Shown here piece by piece: positions 24,486 through 35,829 of a stretch of 36,825 nucleotides of DNA. The notes under the pieces were generated by a model. It was not told the DNA's origin and ran no database searches. It saw nothing but the letters and a program-made list of their open reading frames with translations. Position numbers and translations under genes: made by a program. The stretch comes from Tubiluchus corallicola (lineage: Eukaryota > Animalia > Priapulida): positions 1 to 36,825 of the forward strand of contig JAQGDQ010001515.1 in NCBI GenBank assembly GCA_030141605.1, in the 5' to 3' direction. Numbering within the stretch: the first letter of the stretch is position 1; each line of letters begins with the position of its first letter.

Positions 24486-25666
24486 GTAGGTCTATCACTA
24501 TGATCGTGCATAATTTAATAATGAATAGTAAATAATTACGCGATTAGGAATAATCAATTGATAGCACATCATTTACACCACGCTACAAACGCTTAGTTAC
24601 CAGGCCACTTTATAAAGCTGTGAAACCTATGCTGTTTCGTTCACTCTTTAACAAACTATAATAACGTATGTATTAATTTCAAAGTAAGCAGTTTAACCAA
24701 GATCCGCGCCACTTGCAACATTGTTCTTCACAAGTTTTTCACATCTAATGCTTACGATACATCATCTTCTACAATGTGTGCAGAAATAATACAACATTTT
24801 AAATTACTGTACTGGAAATCTTGCATTGGCGTGCTTGGCAGCCTTCGCTTGTTGATGGCTTTGGCCACCTTGTGGTGATTTTTGGCCTAATCACGTGCTC
24901 AATTTGACCTGGGTCAGGGCCTACTGTGAAGTGAAGACGTGTCATGATAAGTTATAAGATATTGTCCTTATCTGTTTACAATTGCTCATGATTTGGGGGT
25001 AATAACGTATGTGTAACCTCTAATTACTTTAAAAAACTTAAATTTAGTTTAAAATAACAGCTAGGTATTACTTAATACGACAGTGCAGTGTATAACTCTT
25101 AATTATGTAAAATTGACTTTTGGCTATTATTATTTTTTGTTTTTTTGTTATCTTTTGGCACTAATTTCTTATGTTTAGACGGAATGACATGTTTTGACAA
25201 ATAAAGAGCAAAGAAAGAGCAAAATATAATTGAGGCTTCGAATTTGGTTTTTGAAAGCCCAAACAATTACTGTTGTGTCACTCTGCCTATAGTTTAAGAA
25301 CAAGAATAATTGGGTCAGCAAATTTTGTTGGAAATTATATAAGCCACTAAATTGATTAGTGATTTTATCCAAGAATATTTAGAAGATTGCATGATTTATT
25401 GATGTAGTCTGCTGGCTTTTTAACCAATGTCTTGAATTTTTTATTTTTGTATATATTTTTATTGTATCTTTTTGTAAATTTTTGTAGATCTTTTAATAGT
25501 ACACGACATGTAGTATTTTCTAGTTTCTAGTGTAAATTTTAACATTTATATGGCGTTTTTAAGTGCTGAAATAAACTTTAAGTGAATAAAAATTTACAGG
25601 AGCATCGCTCCCGCTCTGGAAGATTTCCACGTCTTTCTAGAATCCACTTCGCATTCAATTCGTATC

Positions 25667-27045
25667 TCATCCATTTCTTTTTTCATGATGAAATAAGAAG
25701 TAGATGAAATAAAAACTCTATAGGGGAGAAACTGAACAGAATGGATCTCGTTGTAAACAAAAATAAAACTGAAAAGTTTCACATGACACGCCATGGTGAT
25801 GAATCATGGCAAAGATGCAAGTATCTTGGTAGTCTGCTGGCAACAGAGGACGACATATCAAGATGGAAGATAATGGCATTATCAGCTTACTCAAAACTCA
25901 CAAAAGTTTTTGAGAAAAGGAAGTTTTCTTTGGAAACAAAAATTAGTATATTCTCAGCCTTAGTTGAAACTGTATATCTGTATAACTCTGAGCTCTGGAC
26001 ATTAAAAGCAAATCATAAAGCTGAAATCGATGCGTTTCAAAGACGAAATTACAGAAACATTTTGGGTATTAGATGGCCAAAGAAAATTTCAAACAAAGAT
26101 CTATATGAAAAAATAAAAGAACCTTGGACAAGAAAAATAAAAAGAGGGCGTTTAAGATGGATTGGGCATATGCTTAAACTACCTGATGATGTTCCAGTGA
26201 AGATAGTTCTTCAACAAGCCATAGAACCAGCTAAAAAACCTGCAGGAGGACAAATGTTAACATACCGTAAAACGGGGTGAGTTCGCCACTTTTTAGGGGT
26301 ATTTTTTACGTTTCCTGCCCTAGCAAGAGAATTACCCAACCGATTTTCTTAGTTCAAGCTTTATATTGCCTTTCGAATGAAACACTATTGTGGTGTGAAT
26401 TCGCCACTAACAATTTAACACTGTTTAATGCCATTCTAGGCAGCTGAAGTTAAGTGATTGTGATTGGCTGGTTGGGGGTGAGTTCGCCACCCTATGAAAA
26501 AATTGTGAAAAATGTCTAGTTTTAGTTTTCAAATAGAAACTCCTACGTTGGCAAGGAAGGCTTGAACGTCTTGAACGGCATGTAGGGCAGCTTCCAGAGC
26601 TTCTGGGGTATAATTTTGGTATCTATGACCCGGTACAGGGGTGCAGGTGCGTGGCATGTTAAGTAGCAAGAAATAGTAGACAAATAATATGTAGCGCAGA
26701 ATGGAATACTTCTAGTGCGAATTGAAAGAAGATAACTGCCGCAAACTGTTTATAATGACGGTGATCATGATATCTGTTCATTAAACACTGAACAATAGTT
26801 ACAGCAAACCTACAATGGCCATTACGTAAGGGGTGGCGAACTCACCCTCGGGTGGCGAACTCACCCCGTTTTACGGTATTTAGATTTTGCACAGAAAGAT
26901 TTAAACACTTCAGCATTGAGCCTTAGAAACAAATCCACTTGGGGCATTGCAGCGTATAGGGAATCCTGGCATAGAGAGGTGAGCAGAATCATGTCCCTGC
27001 ACGTTTAATTCATTGAAGAAGAAGAAGAAGAAGAAGAAGAAGAAA
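25667..27045 (+). mobile_element. 5'-truncated RTE-clade LINE with (GAA)n tail, interrupted by a MITE
   Basis: KYLGS..YNSELWTL..LRWIGHM is RT C-terminal sequence. The ORF rejoins in frame after removing 26265-26876 and one TA. (GAA)n tail at 27015-27044; 11-bp TSD caattcgtatc at 25656-25666 and 27046-27056. Confidence 0.88.
26265..26876. mobile_element. Tc1/mariner/pogo-type MITE
   Basis: TA TSD; perfect 25-bp TIRs CCGTAAAACGGGGTGAGTTCGCCAC; internal copies of gagttcgccac. Confidence 0.92.
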
Positions 27046-27087
27046 CAATTCGTATCCTGTTTTAGCAGATCAATTCACTATTTTCAG

Positions 27088-27189
27088 GACCTTAAGAACC
27101 TTCTGGCAATACTTAGAACACAGAAGACTGGGAAATAGAAGTGAGCTGTGGTTGAAAATACAAGATGCGATTGTGAAGCAACTTATAAG
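27088..27189 (+). CDS. TTLL4: TTLL4-like exon I
   Basis: ttttcag|..|gtagga, phase 2-2; TLRTFWQYLEHRRLGNRSELWLKIQDAIVKQLI(S). Confidence 0.92.
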
Positions 27190-27267
27190 GTAGGAAGAAA
27201 TAAGAAAATTCTCAAGTACTAATGACACACTATGCTCATTTGGTCCTAGTTTTTATTTTATTATTAA

Positions 27268-27989
27268 CTCCTTCAGGACTGCACCACGCAAAATAGAGTT
27301 CTTATAAGACCTGATGACTTTTCTGCTACTGTATGAGCACAGACATAACTAAACGATTATAAACTAGCTACTGTTCTATTCAGGAGAATCTCGGCTATCC
27401 AATCACGCTATTTGTTTAAACCTTTATAAATGATTTAATTAAATAAAATAAAATAAAACGCCATTTTCGGGCACTCCAACTTGAGTCTATTGAGTAGCTT
27501 AGTCTGGTGTACGCTTGCGGTAACGTACACACTGTTTTTTAATCGCCTGCTTGCTACAGCACAAGAGACCCGTCTGCCCTACAGAGTCCCATGAAAAACC
27601 AACTGATCAGCCAAGGAGAAATTAAGGTCGTTTCATCTTTTAACGGGAATTTTTCCTTAAAAATGGCGTAGACTTGAGGCTAAAGTGTATCAGAGTGTTG
27701 TGTCTGGACAGTTGAAATTTTCTGCATTAGTCAATTTCACACAAGTGATAATGTACAATGTTAGAGTGCAAACACTGCAGTTACTAAAAGTTTTTTTCAA
27801 TTTTTTTGTCAAAAATCGATTTTTAATTTGTCTAAGCAAATGCATTGCATGTATAATTTTGCATGAAAATTGATTGTACGAGGAGTAGAAACGCACAAAA
27901 TCATCGAATATAATGAAATTGTTGTTTAGTGAGAGCAATTTTTCATGAAGCCATGCAAAATGCAGCAAACGCCTACGGACCAGAAGGAG
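27268..27989. mobile_element. TTAA-flanked non-autonomous element (piggyBac-like)
   Basis: ttaa|CTCCTTCagga..accaGAAGGAG|ttaa, short imperfect TIRs. Confidence 0.6.
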
Positions 27990-28175
27990 TTAAACGTATT
28001 ATATCATCGTCTTTGATAAAATATAGCGAAGCCATTGAATGGAAAAATGTCTTTCTATTAAATTTAATTAATTTCTATTATTTTAGTTTGAATATTGATA
28101 CTTAGGAATAATGCTTTTCAACTGGATCACATTTACAATTTTTGTCAGGTATCTAACAAAAGATAAACACGTATG

Positions 28176-28431
28176 CAGGGGATATTTCAGCCTAGGCGAG
28201 GCCCGGGGAAGTGGGGCGTGTGAGGTTACCATGGGGTGGGGTGGGGTGGGGGTGTTTCGAGTGCTACCATGGTTGGCGCCCAGAAAATTTTTGAACTGCT
28301 AGAACGCCGGAGAAGCATTTTCGAAGAGAAAATATGTAGTTATACAGTTGTTAAAGGAAAGAACAATTGAAAGAAAAACTGCTTTATTCTCAAGACTAGT
28401 CCTTAATACTTGTTAATACTGGCAAACGGCG

Positions 28432-28504
<73 letters not shown>

Positions 28505-28615
28505 AGAAGGCAGTATGTTCGCATAAAGGAAAAAGTGTTACCTTGGCACGAGGCCCCCCTGGAGGATGAGGCCCCGGGGAAGTATCCCCACTTCCCCTCC
28601 TTGAAATAGGCCCTA
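28176..28615 (-). mobile_element. hAT-type MITE, inverted copy of 3811-4189
   Basis: TIRs caggggatatttcag / tgaaataggcccta; 8-bp TSD cacgtatg at 28168-28175 and 28616-28623; internal (GA)n expansion. Confidence 0.9.
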
Positions 28616-29101
28616 CACGTATGCGTAATTCATTGCAACATGAACAAATAACACAGGTGCAAAAATGCAACTAGGTGAATAAATCAGTGGACTTCAGCCA
28701 CTACATGTCATAAAAATATCTATATTCTTGCTGTTTTAACACTTTTGCTTCGAGTGCTATACTTCATTCTTATTGTGTTTGCGATAATACAACGTATGAC
28801 AACAAAACTTAAACTACTGTAAATTAAAACTGAATAAAGTTGTGGTTAATGCTGAAAATGTTAAAATCAGCTTTGAGGCCAAAGGCACGATTAACGCTGG
28901 ATTGAGGAGATTTTTTTCAATTTTTTGCCAATTCTAGACAAAATGTGGTTGTATGTTTGTAAAAAGTTACCACTGATGATGACAGCAGCAACTCTTGTAA
29001 CTTTTTTTAACTTTGTAAATTAAAAGTTTTAATAAAGTTGTCGTGTTTTAACCATAAATGTTTATAAGTGGCCGAAGTAAAAAAGTTAAACTTATTTGCA
29101 G

Positions 29102-29236
29102 CGTGGAATGGGTGCTGAATCACATGATGAATGCGCATGTCAAAAACCGTTATACCTGTCACGAGATCTACGGTTACGACTTCATGTTTGATGAGAGTCT
29201 CACCCCTTGGCTGCTAGAAGTGAATGCTGAACCTGC
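29102..29236 (+). CDS. TTLL4: TTLL4-like exon J (GxD and EVN motifs)
   Basis: tttgcag|..|gtaaga, phase 2-2; [44 protein letters not shown](A). Confidence 0.94.
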
Positions 29237-29247
29237 GTAAGAATCAT

Positions 29248-30242
29248 TGTTCAGGCAGACAATGCACGAAATTAATGTTCAAGCAGACAATGCACGAAAT
29301 TAATGTTCAGGCAGACAATGCACGAAATTAATGTTCAAGCAGACAATGCACGAAATTAATGTTCAGGCAGACAATGCACGAAATTAATGTTCAGGCAGAC
29401 AATGCACGAAATTAATGTTCAAGCAGACAATGCACGAAATTAATGTTCAAGCAGACAATGCACAAAATTAATATTCAAGCAGACAATGCACGAAATTAAT
29501 GTTCAAGCAGACAATGCACAAAATTAATATTCAAGCAGACAATGCACAAAATTAATGTTCAAGCAGACAATGCACAAAATTAATGTTCACGCAGACAATG
29601 CACAAAATTAATGTTCAAGCAGACAATGCACGAAATTAATGTTCAAGCAGACAATGCACGAAATTAATGTTCAAGCAGACAATGCACGAAATTAATGTTC
29701 AAGCAGACAATGCACAAAATTAATGTTCAAGCAGACAATGCACAAAATTAATGTTCAAGCAGACAATGCACGAAATTAATGTTCAGGCAGACAATGTTCA
29801 AAATTAACGTTCAAGCAGACAATGCACAAAATTAATGTTCAGGCAGACAATGTTCAAAATTAATGTTCAAGCAGACAATGCACAAAATTAATGTTCAAGC
29901 AGACAATGCACAAAATTAACGTTCAAGCGGACAATGCACGAAACTAATGTTCAAGCAGACAATGCACAAAATTAATGTTCCAGCAGACAATGCACGAAAT
30001 TAATGTTCAAGCAGACAATGCACAAAATTAGTGTTCAAGCAGACAATGCACAAAATTAATGTTCAAGCAGAGACAATGTTTAAAATTAGTGTTCAAGCGG
30101 ACAATGTTCAAAATTAATGTTCAGGCAAACAACGTTTAATAAATATATCTGTAAAAAGATTGTCTCTTAAAGCCATCCCAACACGCTTGAACATTAATCT
30201 TGAACATTGTCCGCCTGAACATTAATCTTGAACATTGTCTGC
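29248..30242. repeat. 28-bp minisatellite (about 31 units) with about 2 inverted units downstream
   Basis: Unit aatgttcaagcagacaatgcacgaaatt at 29248-30130; inverted units at 30184-30242. Confidence 0.93.
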
Positions 30243-30445
30243 TAACTGCATTGTTCAAGTTGCAGTGGACAACTTAATCAAAGCTGTGGATTTTTGAGCT
30301 CATTCATCACAAAATATCACAAAACCTGGGGAGGTCTGTGTAACACAAAAATCAAGAAACTCAATGTAGTTACTATAGCATTACGTAACACCGTTTCAAA
30401 AGTAACTGAAACAATCGTAACTCCAAATTAAAACTCTTTTTTTAG

Positions 30446-30571
30446 TTTCTATCACTTTCCTATGGATGATGAAGCCAATGGAGAAGTATTACAAGATGCT
30501 TTCAACATGGCAGGGTTTCATATTCCTCGAAAGTTAACAACAGAAAACTCAGAACATCATCGTGAACTAAG
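30446..30571 (+). CDS. TTLL4: TTLL4-like exon K
   Basis: tttttag|..|gtaaaa, phase 2-2; FYHFPMDDEANGEVLQDAFNMAGFHIPRKLTTENSEHHREL(S), resembling TTLL4 PLD..KG....DLLNLAGF.LP. Confidence 0.9.
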
Positions 30572-30684
30572 GTAAAAAATCTGGATCCCAAGAAAGAAAT
30601 GATAGGTGCACAGGTTAATGCTTTGCGGTGTAAAATATGTGAAAGACATTTGTACTTTGTTGCTTGTCTGGCTGTACGTTCCCC

Positions 30685-31206
30685 TGTCCATCTGTCTGTC
30701 TGTCTGTCTGTCCGTCCGTCTGTTTATCTGTTTGTCTTTCCGCTCATCTGTACATTTGTCAGCGTACCTGTCTGTCTGTCTGTCTGTCTGTTTGTCTTTC
30801 CGTTCATCTGTCCATTTGTCAGTGAATCTGTCTGTCTGTCTGTCCGTCTGTATGTTTGTCTGTCTCTCCGTCTGTATGTCTTTCCGTTCATCTGTCCATT
30901 TGTCAGTGAATCTGTCTGTCTGTCTGTCCGTCTGTATGTTTGTCTGTCTCTCCGTCTGTATATCTTTCCGCTCATCTGTACATTTGTCAGCGTACCTGTC
31001 TGTCTGTCTGTCTGTATATCTTTCCGTTCATCTGTCCACTTGTCAGTTTACCTGTCAGTCTGTTCGTCTGTATGTCTTTCCGTTCATCTGTGCACTTGTC
31101 TGTCTGTCTGTCTGTCTGTCCGTCCGTCCTCCGTCTGTACGTCTGTCCATTTGTTCGTCTGTATGTCTTTCCGCTTATCTGTCAATCTATCTGCCTACCT
31201 GTCTGC
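30685..31206. repeat. Compound (TCTG)n-based satellite
   Basis: tctg/tccg runs with longer-period duplications. Confidence 0.92.
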
Positions 31207-31248
31207 CAAAACTTTGAAACTGAATTACTGTAACTTGCACCATTGCAG

Positions 31249-31366
31249 CAACTTTTCACACACCACTGAAGTAGGTCCCAATTTTCCAATTTCGCTTTTG
31301 GACTCTGGACTCTCAGCAGAAGAGAAAGCCAAACGATCTTATTTCACCGCAATTGCTTCTGAAAAG
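31249..31366 (+). CDS. TTLL4: TTLL4-like exon L
   Basis: ttgcag|..|gtgcgt, phase 2-0; NFSHTTEVGPNFPISLLDSGLSAEEKAKRSYFTAIASEK. Confidence 0.85.
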
Positions 31367-31541
31367 GTGCGTGAAACCTGAAAACAATTTACTAATTTGG
31401 TGTCCCTGCACATTATTCAATCTCTCCTCCCCCGAGATTTTCAGCGGGGGGAGGTGGAGGGCGACCTAAATATGTAGCACAACCAGCTCGAACAGAAGAA
31501 TAAAAACAATGCATGCAACATCACCTAAGAGGCTAGGCATA

Positions 31542-32015
31542 CGTGACTCACTTGATTCACATTGACTCACACGGCTCGAATGATTCACATTGACTCACGT
31601 GACTCAAATGATTCACGTTGACTCACGTGACTCACTTGATTCACGTTGACTCACATGATTCGAATGATTCACATTGACTCACGTGACTCAAATGGCTCAC
31701 ATGATTCACATTGGCCCACATGACTCGAATGACTCACGTGATTCACATTGACTCACATGATTCGAATGAGTCAGATGATTCATATTGACTCACGTGACTC
31801 AAGTGACTCACATGATTCACACTGACCCACAGGACTCGAATGACTCACATGATTCACATTGGCTCACGTGACTTGAATGACTCACATGATTCACATTGAC
31901 TCACATGGCTCGAATCACTCACATGATTCACATTGATTCACATGACTTGAATCACTCACATGATTCACATTGACACACATGACTAGAACAACTCACATGA
32001 TTCACATTGACTCAC
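31542..32015. repeat. 9-10 bp-period minisatellite (tgactcaca/tgattcacat)
   Basis: Seen directly; many TGACTCA and TCACGTGA words. Confidence 0.92.
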
Positions 32016-33152
32016 AATTTAAACTCTCGCGATGACTGTTAGGTGCAGGCTTTTTGACGAAGGGTCATTTGAAACAAGTTTAGATAACACTGAGTAAAGT
32101 TTGAAAAAAATAGTCAGAGCATTCGTAGCGCGCACGTCACTAACTAAGTAAAATTTTAAATTACTGCATCTTGCCAATAACATTAAAAGTCTGGTTTTTG
32201 GTTAGTGAGTGGTGCGCCCTGGAGGGCACATTTTACCAATTGGTGAAAACATTTTAAATAATTAATAATTTTCTTTTCTAGTTACGTAAGTCTTTCAAGC
32301 AGGTAAGCGAAATGCTAAGTAACATAGATTTGCATGAAAAGTTTTTTTGGGACATAATTTAGCATTTTCTTCCTCTGGCTTACGTTGTGCGTATATGACG
32401 TCATGTAATGGTGTCGTCGGAACAGTATTGCGGGAGATTTAAAATGAAAACAAACAAAAATTCCGTTCAACGCGAGTACGATATAGGCATAAAATTGCTG
32501 TAAAGTTGTATAATTATTTTAAGATTTTTTTCAAAACCTGCTTTTCTTGTCCATTAAAGCTAGAAAACTTTACAAAACTTGTTAAGGTTTTCTCTACTTA
32601 CTGTAAACATGGAGGACAATAAGTCACGAACAATAGAAATCAATAGAAAATTAACTACTACAATCGCTGTTAATGATATCTATTATCTTACAAATTATGA
32701 TAGTGTCTGTCGTATCTTTCCTTAAAAGCATTTATACTGGGGGCCAACACTATCTACTCAGGTAAGCTGTTCCACAGACAAACAGTTCTATTACTAAAAA
32801 AAGCTTTCTTAGTGTGACGGGAACACAAAAGAATTTCCTTCATAGCATATGGTGTTCTCAAATATCTTTATTTCTGTATATAAAAAATGAAAATATTAAT
32901 AAATTTGACTGCTTTCACTGCTTACAAATTTATTATTATTATTAATAATTAAATTTGTAAGCATAAAATAATATTAAATTTATTATCTAATTATTATAAT
33001 TTAAGACAATAAAAGTAAATATTACTCTATAACAACTTAATGCATCCTTGGAACGTCATACTAGCTTACAGCAAATCTGACAGAGACGCTACAAACAATT
33101 ACTTGAAAATTTATTTAAACATTATTTAACGTTTGCTGAGGCTTCTGTAAGC

Positions 33153-33627
33153 GTGTTTAGTGAGGCTCAACCTAATTTACAACTTCACAGGTAAAATTAC
33201 AGGTAAGTTCACATAGGTGCTGCCATCTACATGTTAAGACCAGAAACGTGTTTATTGAGGTTCAACCTAATTTACAACTTCACAGGTAAAATTACAGGTG
33301 AGTTTACATAGGTGCTGCCACCTACATGTTAAGATCAGAAACGTGTTTATTGAGGTTCAACCTAATTTACAACTTCACAGGTAAAATTACAGGTAAGTTC
33401 ACATAGGTGCTGCCATCTACATGTTAAGACCAGAAACGTGTTTATTGAGGTTCAACCTAATTTACAACTTCACAGGTAAAATTACAGGTAAGTTCACATA
33501 GGTGCTGCCATCTACATGTTAAGACCAGAAGCGTGTTTATTGAGGTTCAACCTAATTTAAAACTTCACAGGTAAAATTACAGGTAAGTTCACATAGGTGC
33601 TGCCACCTACATGTTAAGGCCAGAAAC
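33153..33627 (+). repeat. 95-bp tandem array x5, each unit with a candidate 12-nt microexon (VKLQ)
   Basis: cctaat..ttcacag|GTAAAATTACAG|gtaagt (gtgagt in copy 2) at 33191, 33286, 33381, 33476 and 33571. Confidence 0.9.
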
Positions 33628-33869
33628 TGACCTTAACACTTAGATTATAATGTGCCCTATTAGTTCTTAATTTGAACACTGTTTCATAATTGACATTATT
33701 ATAACCTTGAAGAAACTTGAAGACCTCAATGAGATCGTCCCTTATGCTCATGTGAGTTTTGATTCATTCAGCCTCGCTTTCAGCCTAACACTGACGAAGC
33801 CGTTCACTTTGACACATTTGCTTGTGGCTGGGACTCCTGAATTTATTAATCACCTAATTCTTTTTCCAG

Positions 33870-34080
33870 GAAATAGAAACTCACATCCTGGAAGAACTAA
33901 CACCAGCAGATGTCCGTGAACTAATAGAGGCTGAAGATGAGTTTTCCAGGAGAGGAAGTTTCCAGAGAATCTTTCCTAGTCCTACCTCTCACAAGTACTT
34001 AAAGTATTTTGAAGAAAAACGCTACAGTAACTTATTACTAGATGCTTGGACGCAGAAGTACCACAATAACCCTGAAAAAG
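33870..34080 (+). CDS. TTLL4: TTLL4-like exon M
   Basis: ttccag|..|gtaaga, phase 0-1; EIETHILEELTPADVRELIEAEDEFSRRGSFQRIFPSPTSHKYLKYFEEKRYSNLLLDAWTQKYHNNPEK, strongly TTLL4-like. Confidence 0.95.
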
Positions 34081-34677
34081 GTAAGACGCTATGTAAGCTT
34101 ACGCCATCTACACAAAAATATGAGAACTTTTGTAATTTAAAGGATGATTGTATAAACATTAGTTCAGAATAAAGAATGCTCTAAAATATTGAAAACTAAA
34201 ATAGCTTTTTTAAATTAAAGCTTAGATTAAATAATAAGTAACTCAGATACTCAAGTTTTGTTAAACTTTCAAAGCTACGCGCGGCTAAGTGAATTTACTA
34301 AGATTGGCAGCGGCGCCTTTTTGTCACATTCGCGTAGCCGACAAATAGAAGGCGGTACTGCAATAAACATGATCATGAACTAGTTTCTGACGTCATATGA
34401 TGTAAAGCCCATTTTTTCGTGACATCACGCATTTAAGCAGTACTATAACACTTATGCACATGTGCTTGATGCGCGAGGGAAGATGCCTGCCATTGCACAA
34501 ACTGTAGTTAGTTTCTGACGTAAGCAATAGCCGTGTTCGGTTGCCGTTAATTAACTTTCTAAGCTAATTATTCAAATGTAAGAAACAATTACTAACTTTT
34601 ATAGGCAAGAAAACGTATATTTTGGACAGTAAATTAAAATGAGATTGAGTCTAGACAATCGTCCGGTCTGCCTTTAA

Positions 34678-35193
34678 AGGAAAACTTGACTTAATCTCAA
34701 GCCAGTGCTCAAAACAATCGACCCTATAAAATGTTGAATGGGAACACACTATTTTTCAACTATGACTTACGTGAAACAATTACGGTATTACCACAAAACG
34801 GGCACTAGCGCCTGTATTTTGGAAACGCATTGCACAAAAAACAGGTGTTGCACCTCCGTGTCCAGAAGTGTTAGTTTGTGAGGAACTACATACGTTCATC
34901 AGCTCATGCGTGAGGACAGCAGTAAACTTGAAATTTGAATTTTAAACTTAAAATTTGCTCAGTTTTTGTATACATGCATTTGTATGTGTACATGCAGCTG
35001 TACTTCAACTTTCGCTTTTGCAAACACAAGCAACACGCACACGGAATGTTTGCGCTGTTGTAAATGATGTTCATTTGTGACGTCATCACTAACTGGGCTC
35101 ATTTTTTATATTTTCCAGAAATACTTTCGCATTATTATTTTTTTAATTTGCATCCAAAACGAGGTAGGATATGAAAAATCATCCTGTTCTCCG
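34678..35193 (-). mobile_element. Kolobok-like TTAA element, inverted copy of the 8418-9032 family
   Basis: ttaa|AGGAAAAC..GTTCTCCG|ttaa; the interior is reverse-complement similar to 8560-9010. Confidence 0.65.
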
Positions 35194-35342
35194 TTAACAG
35201 TCACACGACATTAGCAAGTTTTTGCAAATTCCGAAATTTCTAAATGGCAAATAAATGAGTCTGAATTGAATTGAATTAATTTTATTGACTAACAGAGAAA
35301 AAGCATATTGATAATACGTCACATAGCAACGGGTGAAGAGTT

Positions 35343-35464
35343 ACATTAAAAGCAAATCATAAAGCTGAAATCGATGCGTTCCAAAGGCGAAATTACAGAA
35401 ACATTTTGGGGATTAGATGGCCAAAGAAAATTTCAAACAAAGATCTATATGAAAAATAAAAGAA
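35343..35464 (+). mobile_element. Internal about 120-bp fragment of the RTE LINE
   Basis: Near-identical to about 25999-26120 (acattaaaagcaaatcataaagctgaaatcgatgcgtt..). Confidence 0.88.
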
Positions 35465-35543
35465 GGATAGTCAAACGTCTGTAATTATAGCTATAAAATA
35501 GACAAATTTCCGCATCAGTACACGTATATGATTTGTATTTTAG

Positions 35544-35614
35544 GTTGGCTGTTGTTGGAGTCTTACTGCAAAAAGAGATACCACATCCGGAGTGGGCCAT
35601 GGAGCAGCAAATGA
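35544..35614 (+). CDS. TTLL4: TTLL4-like last coding exon N
   Basis: ttttag| phase 1; GWLLLESYCKKRYHIRSGPWSSK*, resembling TTLL4 GVDLLRSWCYKGFH. Confidence 0.85.
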
Positions 35615-35656
35615 AACTGATGGCGACAATGAATTGAGTCAACTTAGCCGAATGAA

Positions 35657-35662
35657 AATAAA
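35657..35662 (+). terminator. Putative polyadenylation signal of the TTLL4-like gene
   Basis: AATAAA about 40 nt after the stop, followed by a GT/T-rich tract. Confidence 0.6.
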
Positions 35663-35829
35663 GATACTTGTGTTATTAACTGTTTTCATGTTTTCGTGTT
35701 TTTTGCGCATTTCGGCAAAAGGCATTGTGATTGGTCATTAAACAGACAGCGTTCAACCACTGGGCTTGCTTGAAAGGTGGGGCAGTATCAGTATCAACTT
35801 AACTGCATTATTATACCCCCCCCCCCCCC

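Noticed and set aside
30599-31248. SVCL-rich ORFs
   Set aside because: (TCTG)n satellite; only 31249-31366 is a supported exon.
34845-34944. Possible last exon (acag|gtgttgcacc..)
   Set aside because: It lies inside the repeat family 34678-35193, and 35544-35614 matches TTLL4 far better.
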